A stretch of DNA of 64,000 nt from Thermodesulfobacteriota bacterium. GTDB taxonomy: Bacteria; Desulfobacterota_D; UBA1144; Nemesobacterales; UBA2774. Positions 31,691-42,966 of this stretch are shown one piece after another. The stretch is from positions 416,001-480,000 of the forward strand of contig OZ244197.1 in assembly GCA_965216785.1 (NCBI GenBank), written 5' to 3'. The first letter of the stretch is position 1; every line of letters begins with the position of its first letter. The notes beneath the pieces were generated by a model. It ran no database searches, was not told the origin of the DNA, and was given only the letters and a program-made list of their open reading frames with translations. Made by a program: the position numbers and the translations under genes.

Positions 31691-31909
31691 TTAATGGTAT
31701 GTGTGTTGTTTTAAATTGTCGCCGTCTGAGATCGTTTCGAATACTTCCCCGCACTTATCGCACTCGAATCTGATTTCGGTAGGCGGGTGGCTAATACCGA
31801 TACCTACGAGGATCCAGCCAAATAAAGAGTAATCGGGTTTCGGCACAATCCAGGGATGATCTCTGGTATGCCCGCATCTGCACTTCTTTTCTTCAGGTTT
31901 ATCAGTCAT
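31691..31909 (-). CDS. Small Cys-rich membrane-associated protein (split zinc-ribbon-like)
   Basis: CRCGH ... hydrophobic YSLFGWILVGIG ... CDKCG; fills an intergenic gap, co-oriented with neighbours. Confidence 0.65.
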   Translation of the reverse strand: MTDKPEEKKCRCGHTRDHPWIVPKPDYSLFGWILVGIGISHPPTEIRFECDKCGEVFETISDGDNLKQHTYH

Positions 31910-31961
31910 GGTTATTTTAGGTCACTCTATTTTATAGGAACTTTTTGCGGAATCAAGTCCC

Positions 31962-32387
31962 TTAGTCACTAGTATTGAACACGGGCTTACGCATCTCTTT
32001 GACTTTGCTTTTTTTTCTTTTTGATTCAAGTCTCTTGGTTTTAGATGCAAGAGTGGGTTTGGTTTTTTTCCTTTGCCTGGGGACGAGAGAGGCTTCTCTT
32101 ATTATATTAGACAGTCTGCGCAGGGCGTCCTCCCGGTTTTTTTCCTGACTCCTGAAGGTGTTAGCATGTATGATGAGAACTCCTTCCCTGGTCATTTTTC
32201 GCCCGGCAAGCTTGATTATGCGCTCTCTTAAATCGTGCCTTAGATTTGGTGAGTTCTTCACATCGAATCTTAGCTGAGCTGCGGTCGAGACCTTGTTAAC
32301 GTTTTGCCCGCCCGGCCCCGAAGAGCGCACAAATTCAAAATTGAGCTCATTTTCGTCAAGTGAAATCTCAGGGGTAATGCTTATCAT
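31962..32387 (-). CDS. arfB: Alternative ribosome rescue factor ArfB
   Basis: RSSGPGGQNVNKV, RSQEKNR, basic C-terminal tail. Confidence 0.96.
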   Translation of the reverse strand: MISITPEISLDENELNFEFVRSSGPGGQNVNKVSTAAQLRFDVKNSPNLRHDLRERIIKLAGRKMTREGVLIIHANTFRSQEKNREDALRRLSNIIREASLVPRQRKKTKPTLASKTKRLESKRKKSKVKEMRKPVFNTSD

Positions 32388-32436
32388 AATAAAGAATCAT
32401 AAGTCGGCATAAGTAATAATCAAGAAGCTTGAAAAA

Positions 32437-32470
32437 ATAAAGCCGGGCTGTGTGCGCAGCCCGGCTTTAT
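32437..32470 (-). terminator. Intrinsic terminator of amtB
   Basis: ATAAAGCCGGGCTG/CAGCCCGGCTTTAT 14-bp stem followed by a T-tract on the minus strand. Confidence 0.85.
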
Positions 32471-32498
32471 ACATGATGCATTCAATTGCAGAAAGTAA

Positions 32499-33824
32499 TT
32501 ACAGGTCGTATCCGACTTCTCCGTGCTCGGATATATCAATACCCTGCACTTCCTCTTCGGTGCTTACCCTGAGCCCGATTGTAACCTGTATGAATTTGAG
32601 AATTACGAAAGAGAGAATCGCGCAGTAAATAATTACGAATACGGCCCCAAACACCTGAACCGCGAGCTGCTTAGATACTACGAGGTCCTCTACCGTACCC
32701 CCTAATGCCGTTGACGCGAAGAAAGCTAAAAGAATTATTCCCACAAGCCCTCCAACACCGTGAACTCCTACAACATCGAGCGCATCGTCATAACCGGCCT
32801 GATACTTGAGCCACGTAGCCGCCACATAAGCAAGAAGACTTGAGACAATACCTATAACGATCGCCCCGAGAGGCCCGACAGTGCCCGATGCCGGCGTAAT
32901 CGCGGCAAGCCCCGCAATGGCGCCTGTAGCGAAACCAAGCGCGCTTGGCTTACCGACCTTGATCCATTCGATAGCTATCCACGTGAGCGCAGCCACGCAG
33001 GGGGATATCTGAGTTACGACCACGGCCATAGCAGCCTGCCCGTTCGCAGCAAGAGCGCTTCCGCCGTTAAAGCCGAACCATCCCACCCAGAGCATTGCGG
33101 TTCCGGTGAGAGTCATTGTCATATTGTGAGGGGGTGTAGGCATCGGATAGCCTCTCCTCTTTCCGATCAGAAAAGCTGCAACGAGAGCAGCGACACCGGC
33201 TGTGATATGAACCACTATACCGCCTGCAAAATCTATTACTCCCATGTCCGCGAGAAAAGCTCCCTCACCGCCCCATACCATGTGAGCGACAGGGAAGTAG
33301 ACTAGTAGGACCCAAATTGAGGAGAACAAGAGCATCGCGGAGAATTTCATTCTCTCTGCAAACGCTCCGACTATAAGGCCCGGTGTGATGATAGCAAACG
33401 TCAGCTGAAAAGCAAAGAACGATAGCTCGGGAATAGTCCCTGAAAGCGAATCAGTGCTGACCCCGTTCAGAAATACCTTTGATAACCCTCCCACGAAAGC
33501 GTGAAAGTTTCTCTCGCCGTATACCATTCCAGTGGTATCGAACGCTAGACTGTATCCGACCACCGTCCAGATAATTGTGACCACGGCCGTTATCGCAAAA
33601 CACTGCATATAGACCGAAAGCACATTTTTCCTGGAAACGAGACCGGCATAGAACATGGCAAGCCCCGGTATCATCATAAAGAGGACAAGACCTGTTGAGA
33701 TCAATATCCAGGTTGTATCACCCGTGTCTAAACCATCTTGAGCAAACGCTAATCGGGGGGAAAATATACAAAATACTAGAAAAGGTAGAGCGGCCCTTTT
33801 AAGGGCGGTATTAAAAAAACCCAT
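32499..33824 (-). CDS. amtB: Ammonium transporter (start likely 33824, with GGAGG RBS and signal peptide)
   Basis: FQLTFA, DFAGGIVVH, LWVGWFGFNGGS, DDALDVVGVHG (twin-His), HGEVGY. Confidence 0.97.
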   Translation of the reverse strand: MGFFNTALKRAALPFLVFCIFSPRLAFAQDGLDTGDTTWILISTGLVLFMMIPGLAMFYAGLVSRKNVLSVYMQCFAITAVVTIIWTVVGYSLAFDTTGMVYGERNFHAFVGGLSKVFLNGVSTDSLSGTIPELSFFAFQLTFAIITPGLIVGAFAERMKFSAMLLFSSIWVLLVYFPVAHMVWGGEGAFLADMGVIDFAGGIVVHITAGVAALVAAFLIGKRRGYPMPTPPHNMTMTLTGTAMLWVGWFGFNGGSALAANGQAAMAVVVTQISPCVAALTWIAIEWIKVGKPSALGFATGAIAGLAAITPASGTVGPLGAIVIGIVSSLLAYVAATWLKYQAGYDDALDVVGVHGVGGLVGIILLAFFASTALGGTVEDLVVSKQLAVQVFGAVFVIIYCAILSFVILKFIQVTIGLRVSTEEEVQGIDISEHGEVGYDL

Positions 33825-33863
33825 ATCTCTGTACCTCCATACTCTTTGTGTTACGGGAATAGT

Positions 33864-33880
33864 TGCAAGAGTAGTACCAA
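33864..33880 (-). promoter_or_regulatory. Sigma54 (-24/-12) promoter of amtB
   Basis: Minus strand TTGGTACTACTCTTGCA fits GG-N10-GC and lies 40 nt upstream of the ATG. Confidence 0.75.
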
Positions 33881-34034
33881 TAGGACAGGACATAGTGCAT
33901 CGAGCTTGGTACAAAGCTTAATGAATAGTCATAAATTCAATTACGACAACATATTAGAGTGGGACGGAAGGGCTAATACGAAGCCGTGTTCTACGATATA
34001 GATATATGTATTTATAAAGTGATCTAAGAGGCCA

Positions 34035-34073
34035 TGCCTAATATTTAGGCAAGCTGAGCTTAATTTTCAGGCA
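34035..34073. promoter_or_regulatory. Tandem NtrC-like enhancer (UAS) sites for amtB
   Basis: TGCCT-AATATTT-AGGCA (34035-34051) and AGCTT-AATTTTC-AGGCA (34057-34073), 22 bp apart, about 155-190 bp upstream of the -24 element. Confidence 0.65.
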
Positions 34074-34101
34074 CTGAGAATGTACAATCGTTTTATAATT
34101 A

Positions 34102-35103
34102 TTACTTTGTCAAATTAAGGAGAACTCTTCCTTTTTGTTTTCCCTGAAGTATGAGCTGAATGTTTTCTTCTAATCCATCAAGAGATATTTCATTCGCGAG
34201 ATCATCGAGGTTATCGAGCTTCCAGTCTCCCGCCATTTTTTCCCATACTTTTAGACGATCGTCCATCGGGCAGTTTTGAGAATCGATTCCTACGAGTATC
34301 ACGCCCCTAAGGATGAACGGGTAAACATTTAACGGGAGATCGGCTGAGGCAACGTTTCCGCAGCAGGTAACGACGCCCATAGGCTTTGCCGCTTTAATTG
34401 CGGTCACGAGTATTTCGCCCCCGACCGTATCGACCACGCCCGCCCACCTTCCTTTGAGCATCGGTCTCCCGGATTCGTCCCGGGATTCATCCCTGCTTAT
34501 AACCTCTTTCGCGCCAAGGTCTAAAAGAAACTTCTCCTGGTCCGTCTTTCCAGTCGAAGCCACGACGTCGTAACCAAGCTTTGCTAGGATAGAAACGGCA
34601 ACGCTGCCCACTCCGCCCGTGGCACCCGTTATAAGTATCTCTCCCTTATCAGGCGTGACTCCGTGTCTCTCAAGCTCTAGAACCGAATACGCCGCCGTAA
34701 AACCCGCAGTACCGTAAATCATGCTCTCTCTTAGAGAAAGGTTTGCGGGAAGCTTTATAACCCAGTCTGACGGGACTCTTATATATTCCCCGAACCCGCC
34801 TGAGGTATTACAGCCAAGATCATAGGCGTGGACAATTACCTCTTCCCCCGCGCTGAACTCAGGGGAATTACTCTCTGCCACAATTCCCGAGGCGTCTACC
34901 CCAGGAGTATGGGGGAAATTTCTCGTAACCCCTTTATTGCCGATAGCGGAAAGGGCGTCCTTGTAATTTAAAGAGGAATAACGAACATTTACCAATACGT
35001 CCCCTTCGGGAAGCTCGTCCGTTGATCTATCCTTTACAGACCTTACAAAATTCTTTTCTCCCTCTTCCTCAACAACCAAGGCTTTAAAAGTTTTTCCGCT
35101 CAT
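34102..35103 (-). CDS. YhdH/AcuI-family NADPH oxidoreductase (acryloyl-CoA reductase-like)
   Basis: YSSLNYKDAL, GTAGFTA, TGATGGVGS, VDTVGG, PFILRGV.L.GIDS. Confidence 0.92.
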   Translation of the reverse strand: MSGKTFKALVVEEEGEKNFVRSVKDRSTDELPEGDVLVNVRYSSLNYKDALSAIGNKGVTRNFPHTPGVDASGIVAESNSPEFSAGEEVIVHAYDLGCNTSGGFGEYIRVPSDWVIKLPANLSLRESMIYGTAGFTAAYSVLELERHGVTPDKGEILITGATGGVGSVAVSILAKLGYDVVASTGKTDQEKFLLDLGAKEVISRDESRDESGRPMLKGRWAGVVDTVGGEILVTAIKAAKPMGVVTCCGNVASADLPLNVYPFILRGVILVGIDSQNCPMDDRLKVWEKMAGDWKLDNLDDLANEISLDGLEENIQLILQGKQKGRVLLNLTK

Positions 35104-35293
35104 AGGAACTCTCCTCTACTAGAGTTTTCACATAATATATACTATGGTCAGCTAAAATCTATCCGGAATAAAATCATTACAATCCTCTTATATTATACGG
35201 TGAGTATTCTAAGTTAGAGGTGGGAAGTACTTCCCGGAAGAACTAATATCCTAAAATGGATTAACTGTCTTAAATTTACGTAACCCGTAATGG

Positions 35294-37225
<1,932 letters not shown>

Positions 37226-37249
37226 TTACAGTAAACCTAACCCTTTAAT

Positions 37250-37278
37250 AGTATAAAAGTATTGGGGAAAAAGCGCAA
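37250..37278 (-). promoter_or_regulatory. Putative sigma70 promoter of thiC
   Basis: Minus strand TTGCGC-17 nt-TATACT. Confidence 0.5.
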
Positions 37279-37326
37279 TCGGGCAGCGGATTTGTGAAGG
37301 CTCCGTACACCGGTAAAATATTCACT

Positions 37327-38364
37327 ATGTCACACATAACTCTCGGAATAGAGTCTTCATGCGATGAAACTGCCGCGGCACTAATTCTTGACGGAAAAAA
37401 GTGCCTCTCAAGCGTAGTTGCTTCCCAGATAGATATTCACAAAGAATATGGCGGTGTCGTACCCGAGATCGCTTCACGAATGCACGTGGAGCTTATACTG
37501 CCCGTAATAGATAAAGCCCTTAAAGAGGCTGGGATAGATGAGGAGGATATAGACGGAATCGCCGTAACTCACGGCCCCGGCCTGATAGGCTCACTTATGG
37601 TCGGGCTGTCAACCGCAAAAGCCCTGGCGTTCAGCCTTGGGGTTCCGATAATCGGAGTAAACCATCTTGAAGCGCACTTATCCGCTGTGCATTTAGAAAA
37701 TGAAGTAGAGTTCCCGTTCGTAGGACTAGTAGTATCGGGGGGACATACGAGCTTGTATCTCGTAAAAGACTACACAGAGTTTGAGCTTTTAGGGAAAACC
37801 AGGGACGACGCCGCAGGTGAGGCGTTTGATAAAGCGGCAAAGGTGCTCGGCCTAAGCTACCCGGGAGGAGTCCAGATCGACAGACTGGCCAAAGAAGGCA
37901 ACAAAGGCTTTTTCGACTTCCCCAGGCCCTTCAAGTCAAGTACGACACCTGATTTCAGCTTCAGCGGACTTAAAACGTCGCTTGTATATTATCTGAGGAA
38001 AGAGCCTTCACCACAAGGGCAAAAGTTAAATGATATTTGTGCCTCTTATCAGGAAGCCATCGTAGAGACTCTCATAGATAAAACGCTACTTTCAGCTAAA
38101 GAGTGTAATGTTTCGTCCGTAGTTTTAGCAGGGGGCGTCGCCTGTAACTCAAGGCTCAGGGAACTTGCAGGAGAAAAGTTTTCAGAAGAGGGGCTTTCCG
38201 TTTATATACCCTCACCCAAATACTGTACCGATAACGCCGCAATGATAGGCTCAATGGGCGCATTCAAGCTTATGAAGGGAGAGCGTTCGGGGCTTGATCT
38301 AAATACATTCTCCACGGCAAGGACCAAGTATAATAGGGGACGGGCCGAAGCTCAGGGCTCCTAA
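37327..38364 (+). CDS. tsaD: tRNA t6A37 threonylcarbamoyltransferase TsaD
   Basis: LGIESSCDET, GGVVPEIASRMH, HLEAH, VSGGHT, DDAAGEAFDK, CTDNAAMI. Confidence 0.98.
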   Translation: MSHITLGIESSCDETAAALILDGKKCLSSVVASQIDIHKEYGGVVPEIASRMHVELILPVIDKALKEAGIDEEDIDGIAVTHGPGLIGSLMVGLSTAKALAFSLGVPIIGVNHLEAHLSAVHLENEVEFPFVGLVVSGGHTSLYLVKDYTEFELLGKTRDDAAGEAFDKAAKVLGLSYPGGVQIDRLAKEGNKGFFDFPRPFKSSTTPDFSFSGLKTSLVYYLRKEPSPQGQKLNDICASYQEAIVETLIDKTLLSAKECNVSSVVLAGGVACNSRLRELAGEKFSEEGLSVYIPSPKYCTDNAAMIGSMGAFKLMKGERSGLDLNTFSTARTKYNRGRAEAQGS

Positions 38365-38376
38365 GCTAACAAGAGC

Positions 38377-38679
38377 TTAATCCTCATAATCGACAACCGC
38401 TCTGTCTGTACGTATCTCGCCCACAAACTCGACTATCTTTACGTGCTCCGGGTGTTTCTGGTAAGCCTCTAAACCTTCACGGTTATCAAACTCGGAATAC
38501 AGCACAACATCAAATGCGGCCTCGGACGGATTGAAATTAATGCCCACATCCACCGCTTTTAACTCGTCTATCACATCTTTAAGAGCTAGAAGGGTTTCTT
38601 TTAACTTAAACGCATTCTCTTCTTTAGTCGCTCCGAGTGCCTCGTCTTTGAGCCTCCACATCACAATATGCTTAATCAT
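38377..38679 (-). CDS. Dabb (stress-responsive A/B barrel) protein
   Basis: MIKHIVMW.L, DVVLYSEF...L.AYQ.HPEH, RAVVDYE. Confidence 0.93.
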   Translation of the reverse strand: MIKHIVMWRLKDEALGATKEENAFKLKETLLALKDVIDELKAVDVGINFNPSEAAFDVVLYSEFDNREGLEAYQKHPEHVKIVEFVGEIRTDRAVVDYED

Positions 38680-38844
38680 AAATATCTCCTGGTGTAATTT
38701 TTGATTTTTCCAAAGCTGCAAATAGACTTATATTACTGAAATTAGTATCCATATCAAAAAAGACTGAGCATACTGAAGGCTGCTCAATTAGAATTGTATA
38801 CGCCCGGCAATGTGCCCACGGCAGGAGATATTAGGTTGGCTTTG

Positions 38845-40908
38845 ATGCACGACGAGGAAAAGAAGAAAGGGAAGAAGACCTATGATTTAACAATCATTAA
38901 ATGGCTCTTCAGTCTCACGGGACCATACAGGAAGTTTATGGCCCTCGCGCTCGTGTTTATGCTGTGCACGGCACTGCTGGAGCTCGCGGTTCCCTTAATC
39001 GCTAAAACCGCAATAGATAAATACATATACCCCTCATGGAGAATAGCGACCTTTGCGGATAGTGAAAGAGATAAAGAGTTTCAGTCCTCGCTTGAGCACA
39101 AATACCCTAATCTCATAGTTGAGCTTAGCAGCCACACCTTTCTTGTCGATACTTCCGAGATTGGAAACGCGGACAGACATAACCTGGAAAAGTTTGGCAT
39201 AGTATCAGAGGAGCGATACCTGGCGATAACCCCGGCTGATACGGAGCCCGACAAAAAAAGCACTGTAAACGAGATAATAAGTAAGAACCCGGATGTATTT
39301 AATAAAGTAGGAGATGTGTATTACTCAAGCTACGAGTCGCTCCACGCACTCAGCCGGCAGGACTTACTGACTCTTAGAGGCGGGGAGATTGAGCGGGTCA
39401 TAAGACTGGCCGGCCTTCTGTTCTTATGCCTTCTGGGCGTCTTCGTTTTCAGCTCTTTATTTACATATATCTTAAATTACTCCGGCCATAAGATTATGCA
39501 CTCAATCAGAACAGACGTTTTCTCTCATATAATGACGCTCCCCCAGAGCTTCTTTGACAAAAACCCGGTAGGACGCCTCACGACCAGGGTAACAAGCGAC
39601 GTAAACGCGATTAACGAGATGTATACCTCTGTCATGGTCCAGTTCTTTAAGGACATACTGGTAGTGATCGGGATATTCATTGTCATGTTCTATATGAATA
39701 AAGAACTCACTTTTTACGTAATTATCCTTACGGTCTTGATGGGGTTCTTCGCGGGTCTTTTCCGGATGAAGCTCAAGACCGTTTACAGGGACATCAGAAT
39801 ATCCATAGCAAAGCTAAACGCGTTTGTTCAGGAGAGCGTAAGGGGCATCGTGCTTATAAAGCTCTATAACAGAGAGATGGAAAACTATGAGAAGTTCAGA
39901 GGGGTCAATAGAGAGAACTATAAAGCCAATATGGACCAGCTCTGGGTCTACGCGACGTTCAGGCCTTTTATTGAATTCACAAGCGTATTCACTGTGGCGT
40001 TTATCCTATGGTACGGAGGTATGGAGGTGCTGAGGCTAGATATTACTCTCGGCGCGCTGATAGCTTATCTTTACTACGTAAGGATGCTGTTCAGACCTAT
40101 AATGGAGCTTGCGGAGCGATACAATATTTTTCAATCCGCCGCGGCAGCCACAGAGAACCTTTACGACCTAGTTCAGGAAGAACCGGAAGAATCGGGCTAT
40201 ATAGGCGAGAAAGCACTTAAAGGCAAGCTCGAATTTAAAAACGTCTGGTTTTCCTATGACGGCAAAGAGTGGGTGCTTAAAGACGTGTCTTTCACCATAG
40301 AGCCCGGGGAGACAGTCGCTCTCGTCGGCCTTACAGGCTCTGGGAAAACGACCATAGTAAACTTGATCCTCAAATTCTACGATATCGAAAGAGGTCAGAT
40401 ACTATTTGACGGGATAGATATAAAGGAGCTAAGCTCAGAGTACCTGAGACGGAACATCGCAGCCGTATTCCAGGACCTGTTCCTGTTCGGTAAGAGCATA
40501 TCAGACAGTAACACAGCTAACGAATTCTCCAAAGTAGTTCACTTGGACGATATTTCCGATAATAACGGGCGCTCTATCTCATCGGGCGAGAAACAACTGG
40601 TCTCGTTAAGTCAGGCGTTCTCAAAAGAAGCGAATTTCATGATACTCGACGAAGCTACATCAAGCATAGACGCGAATATCGAGAGAAAAGTCCAGGAAGT
40701 AATCCATCATACCAATAAATCGCGCACAACTTTGATAATAGCGCACAGACTCTCAAACGTGAGAGATGCCGACAGGATAATGGTCATACACAAGGGCGAG
40801 ATTACAGAGATAGGTACTCACCAAACGCTACTTGCTAAAAAGGGTATATACTATAATCTCTATCAGCTTCAAAATGAAATTCAGCGATTCTCTTCGCTTA
40901 ACAATTAG
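38845..40908 (+). CDS. Type IV ABC exporter, fused TMD-NBD half transporter
   Basis: FFDKNPVGRLTTRVTSD, Walker A GLTGSGKT, signature ISSGEKQ, Walker B ILDEAT, IAHRLS. Confidence 0.93.
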   Translation: MHDEEKKKGKKTYDLTIIKWLFSLTGPYRKFMALALVFMLCTALLELAVPLIAKTAIDKYIYPSWRIATFADSERDKEFQSSLEHKYPNLIVELSSHTFLVDTSEIGNADRHNLEKFGIVSEERYLAITPADTEPDKKSTVNEIISKNPDVFNKVGDVYYSSYESLHALSRQDLLTLRGGEIERVIRLAGLLFLCLLGVFVFSSLFTYILNYSGHKIMHSIRTDVFSHIMTLPQSFFDKNPVGRLTTRVTSDVNAINEMYTSVMVQFFKDILVVIGIFIVMFYMNKELTFYVIILTVLMGFFAGLFRMKLKTVYRDIRISIAKLNAFVQESVRGIVLIKLYNREMENYEKFRGVNRENYKANMDQLWVYATFRPFIEFTSVFTVAFILWYGGMEVLRLDITLGALIAYLYYVRMLFRPIMELAERYNIFQSAAAATENLYDLVQEEPEESGYIGEKALKGKLEFKNVWFSYDGKEWVLKDVSFTIEPGETVALVGLTGSGKTTIVNLILKFYDIERGQILFDGIDIKELSSEYLRRNIAAVFQDLFLFGKSISDSNTANEFSKVVHLDDISDNNGRSISSGEKQLVSLSQAFSKEANFMILDEATSSIDANIERKVQEVIHHTNKSRTTLIIAHRLSNVRDADRIMVIHKGEITEIGTHQTLLAKKGIYYNLYQLQNEIQRFSSLNN

Positions 40909-40937
40909 CCTTATCTCAAACATCGCGGTCAAACTCC

Positions 40938-42143
40938 ATGAGCTCCCCAACTCTAAATAACGAAATAGAAACCCTTAAAGCCCATCTTGCAAAAAGAGAA
41001 AGTTTTACGGACGCCGAGTTATCGTTAATCTTGTCTCCGTACAGGATATCACCTCTCGGATCGGAGATAGACTACCAGGGAGGGCCGGCGCTCAGTATGA
41101 CGGTAAGCGCTTACACCTTACTTGCGTTTATACCCGTAAAAGAAAGAAAAATAAGGCTATATAGTGTGAACGACCCGGGTATAGCCGAATTTGACCTTGC
41201 GCAAGTAAAATCAGCCGAAAAGAACGACTGGGGCAGATATGCTATGGGAGCGGCAAAAGTTATAAATGAGCGTTACGGTGCAGCGTGTGGATTTACAGGC
41301 GCCGTTTATAGGACTCTCCCGGATACCGGACTCGGGACTTCATCTTCTGAATGCCTCGCTTACCTAAATGCGCTTACCCTATCTAATAATATAGAACCCC
41401 TGGGCTGGGAATACTCAGAGTTTGTAACCAGAATCAAAAACGATTACCTGAAGGAAAGCTCCGGCGCCCTGGATCAATTGTCCACACTAAACGGTAGAGA
41501 TGACAGCATACTTCTTGTAAACACGGGCTCTGGCGAAGTGTCAGCGCACCCCGGCCCGAAACACGGTAAAGATTTTAAGCTGCTCATAGCGTATTCGGGC
41601 CAGGCAGAGGAAAACGCTCCTCACGATGAGAAGAGGCGCCTGGATGAATGCAAGGAAGTCTCTGGGTTCCTCGGAATCATGGCGGGACTAACCTCAGGAG
41701 ATAAGCTCTCTGACATTCCGCCTGAGGTTTATTACTCAAACGCAAAGAGACTCCCGCCCAACCTGAAGTATAGAGCAGAGCATTATTTCAACGAGGCCGG
41801 GCGCGTTCAGGAGGGGCTCCTCGCCTGGAGAAAGGGAGATCTTGAGAGCTTTGGCAAACTAATGAACGAATCGTGCGCCCTCACAATCGATATCAAAAAG
41901 AGTTTGAGCATCGGGACTATAATGCTCCATAGAGTCATCAGCTCCACACTGGGAGTATACGGGAGTACGATAAACGGCCCTTATGTAATAGCGCTCACAG
42001 GAAGCGAATTTAGAGAAGACTCAGTGTCGGACATACTTTATAAGTACTTACGAGTTTGCCCCGAAGCACAAGGCAAGGCTCATGTGATCACCGCAGAACC
42101 TGATGGAGCGATTAGACTTCACAGTACAGACAAAACCTTTTAG
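40938..42143 (+). CDS. GHMP-family sugar kinase (galactokinase/galacturonokinase-like), divergent
   Basis: SPYRISPLGSEIDYQGG, WGRYAMG, GLGTSSS, SGALDQ, RAEHYFNE..RV, FGKLMNES. Confidence 0.8.
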   Translation: MSSPTLNNEIETLKAHLAKRESFTDAELSLILSPYRISPLGSEIDYQGGPALSMTVSAYTLLAFIPVKERKIRLYSVNDPGIAEFDLAQVKSAEKNDWGRYAMGAAKVINERYGAACGFTGAVYRTLPDTGLGTSSSECLAYLNALTLSNNIEPLGWEYSEFVTRIKNDYLKESSGALDQLSTLNGRDDSILLVNTGSGEVSAHPGPKHGKDFKLLIAYSGQAEENAPHDEKRRLDECKEVSGFLGIMAGLTSGDKLSDIPPEVYYSNAKRLPPNLKYRAEHYFNEAGRVQEGLLAWRKGDLESFGKLMNESCALTIDIKKSLSIGTIMLHRVISSTLGVYGSTINGPYVIALTGSEFREDSVSDILYKYLRVCPEAQGKAHVITAEPDGAIRLHSTDKTF

Positions 42144-42222
42144 TGGAGAGCGTCGATACACCTTATCTTAGATCGATATTCAAACCATATATATTCTAAT
42201 ATCTTTGGTAAAACCACTCTAT

Positions 42223-42243
42223 TTAGGTATCCTAACAATTAGG
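42223..42243. promoter_or_regulatory. Palindromic operator upstream of the MarR gene
   Basis: TTAGG-tat-CCTAA (42223-42235) followed by a second TTAGG half-site at 42239 that overlaps the RBS. Confidence 0.7.
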
Positions 42244-42250
42244 TGGATAT

Positions 42251-42862
42251 ATGTCTATCTTCGATCCTGTATACAGGCAAAAAAACCTGAGCGGTCAGAT
42301 AACGAGATCGTTCTTCTATATCGGACAGGCCGTAAAGAATATTCTGTGGGAAAAGAGTAAGCACGAGCACCTGACCCCCGCCCAGGTTAAAGTGCTGCTA
42401 TTTATCAACTATACGAGAAACGACGTTATCACAGTGGGCAACATAGCAAAGTACCTATCGTGCACGCCCGCGACAGTAAGCGGGGTCATAGACTCCCTCG
42501 AGAAGAAAGACTTGATCAGGAGAGTCAGGGATATGGACGACCGTAGGAAGGTGCATATAAAGCTAAACCCGGCGGGATCGAGAGTTGTCGGTGTTGTGGA
42601 AAGCATAGGGTTTGAAATAGAGGAGATCGTATCCGATTTCAGTCCACATGAGCAGGAAGTGCTTGAGAAGCTACTCGAAAGGGTATCAGAAAAACTAATG
42701 GATAAAGGTCTTATCTACACAGGGGATATTTGCACAGCTTGTTGCTATTTCAAAAAAGACCGGCACACTGGCGAGTCAAAACCCCATTACTGCGAAAACC
42801 TTCACATTATGCTGAGCGAAGACGACATTTGTAAGGAGTGTCCTCACTACAGTAAAAATTAA
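42251..42862 (+). CDS. MarR-family regulator with Cys-rich C-terminal extension
   Basis: LTPAQ..VL, wHTH IAKYLSCTPATVSGVIDSLEKKDLI, DDRRK wing; tail CTACC..HYC..CKEC. Confidence 0.9.
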   Translation: MSIFDPVYRQKNLSGQITRSFFYIGQAVKNILWEKSKHEHLTPAQVKVLLFINYTRNDVITVGNIAKYLSCTPATVSGVIDSLEKKDLIRRVRDMDDRRKVHIKLNPAGSRVVGVVESIGFEIEEIVSDFSPHEQEVLEKLLERVSEKLMDKGLIYTGDICTACCYFKKDRHTGESKPHYCENLHIMLSEDDICKECPHYSKN

Positions 42863-42863
42863 C

Positions 42864-42923
42864 TTGAAAACCTAAAAAAATTTATTATATTTATTTAGGC
42901 ATCCTAAATATTAGGATGGCTAA
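42864..42923 (+). promoter_or_regulatory. Sigma70-type promoter overlapped by a tandem palindromic operator, upstream of the sigma factor gene
   Basis: TTGAAA-16-TATATT (42864-42891), then TATTTAGG-cat-CCTAAATA (42892-42910) and TTAGG-atg-GCTAA (42911-42923). Confidence 0.7.
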
Positions 42924-42966
42924 GGATCGCATGAATTAGATAAAACTCGGTTCTGGATAAATAGAT

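Noticed and set aside
34036-34050. CCTAA-N3-TTAGG core at amtB resembles the junction of the tandem MarR operator at 42903-42915
   Set aside because: The arms are in the opposite order to the MarR palindrome and lack the outer half-sites. The TGC-N11-GCA form, its tandem partner and the sigma54 promoter explain it better as an NtrC-like UAS.
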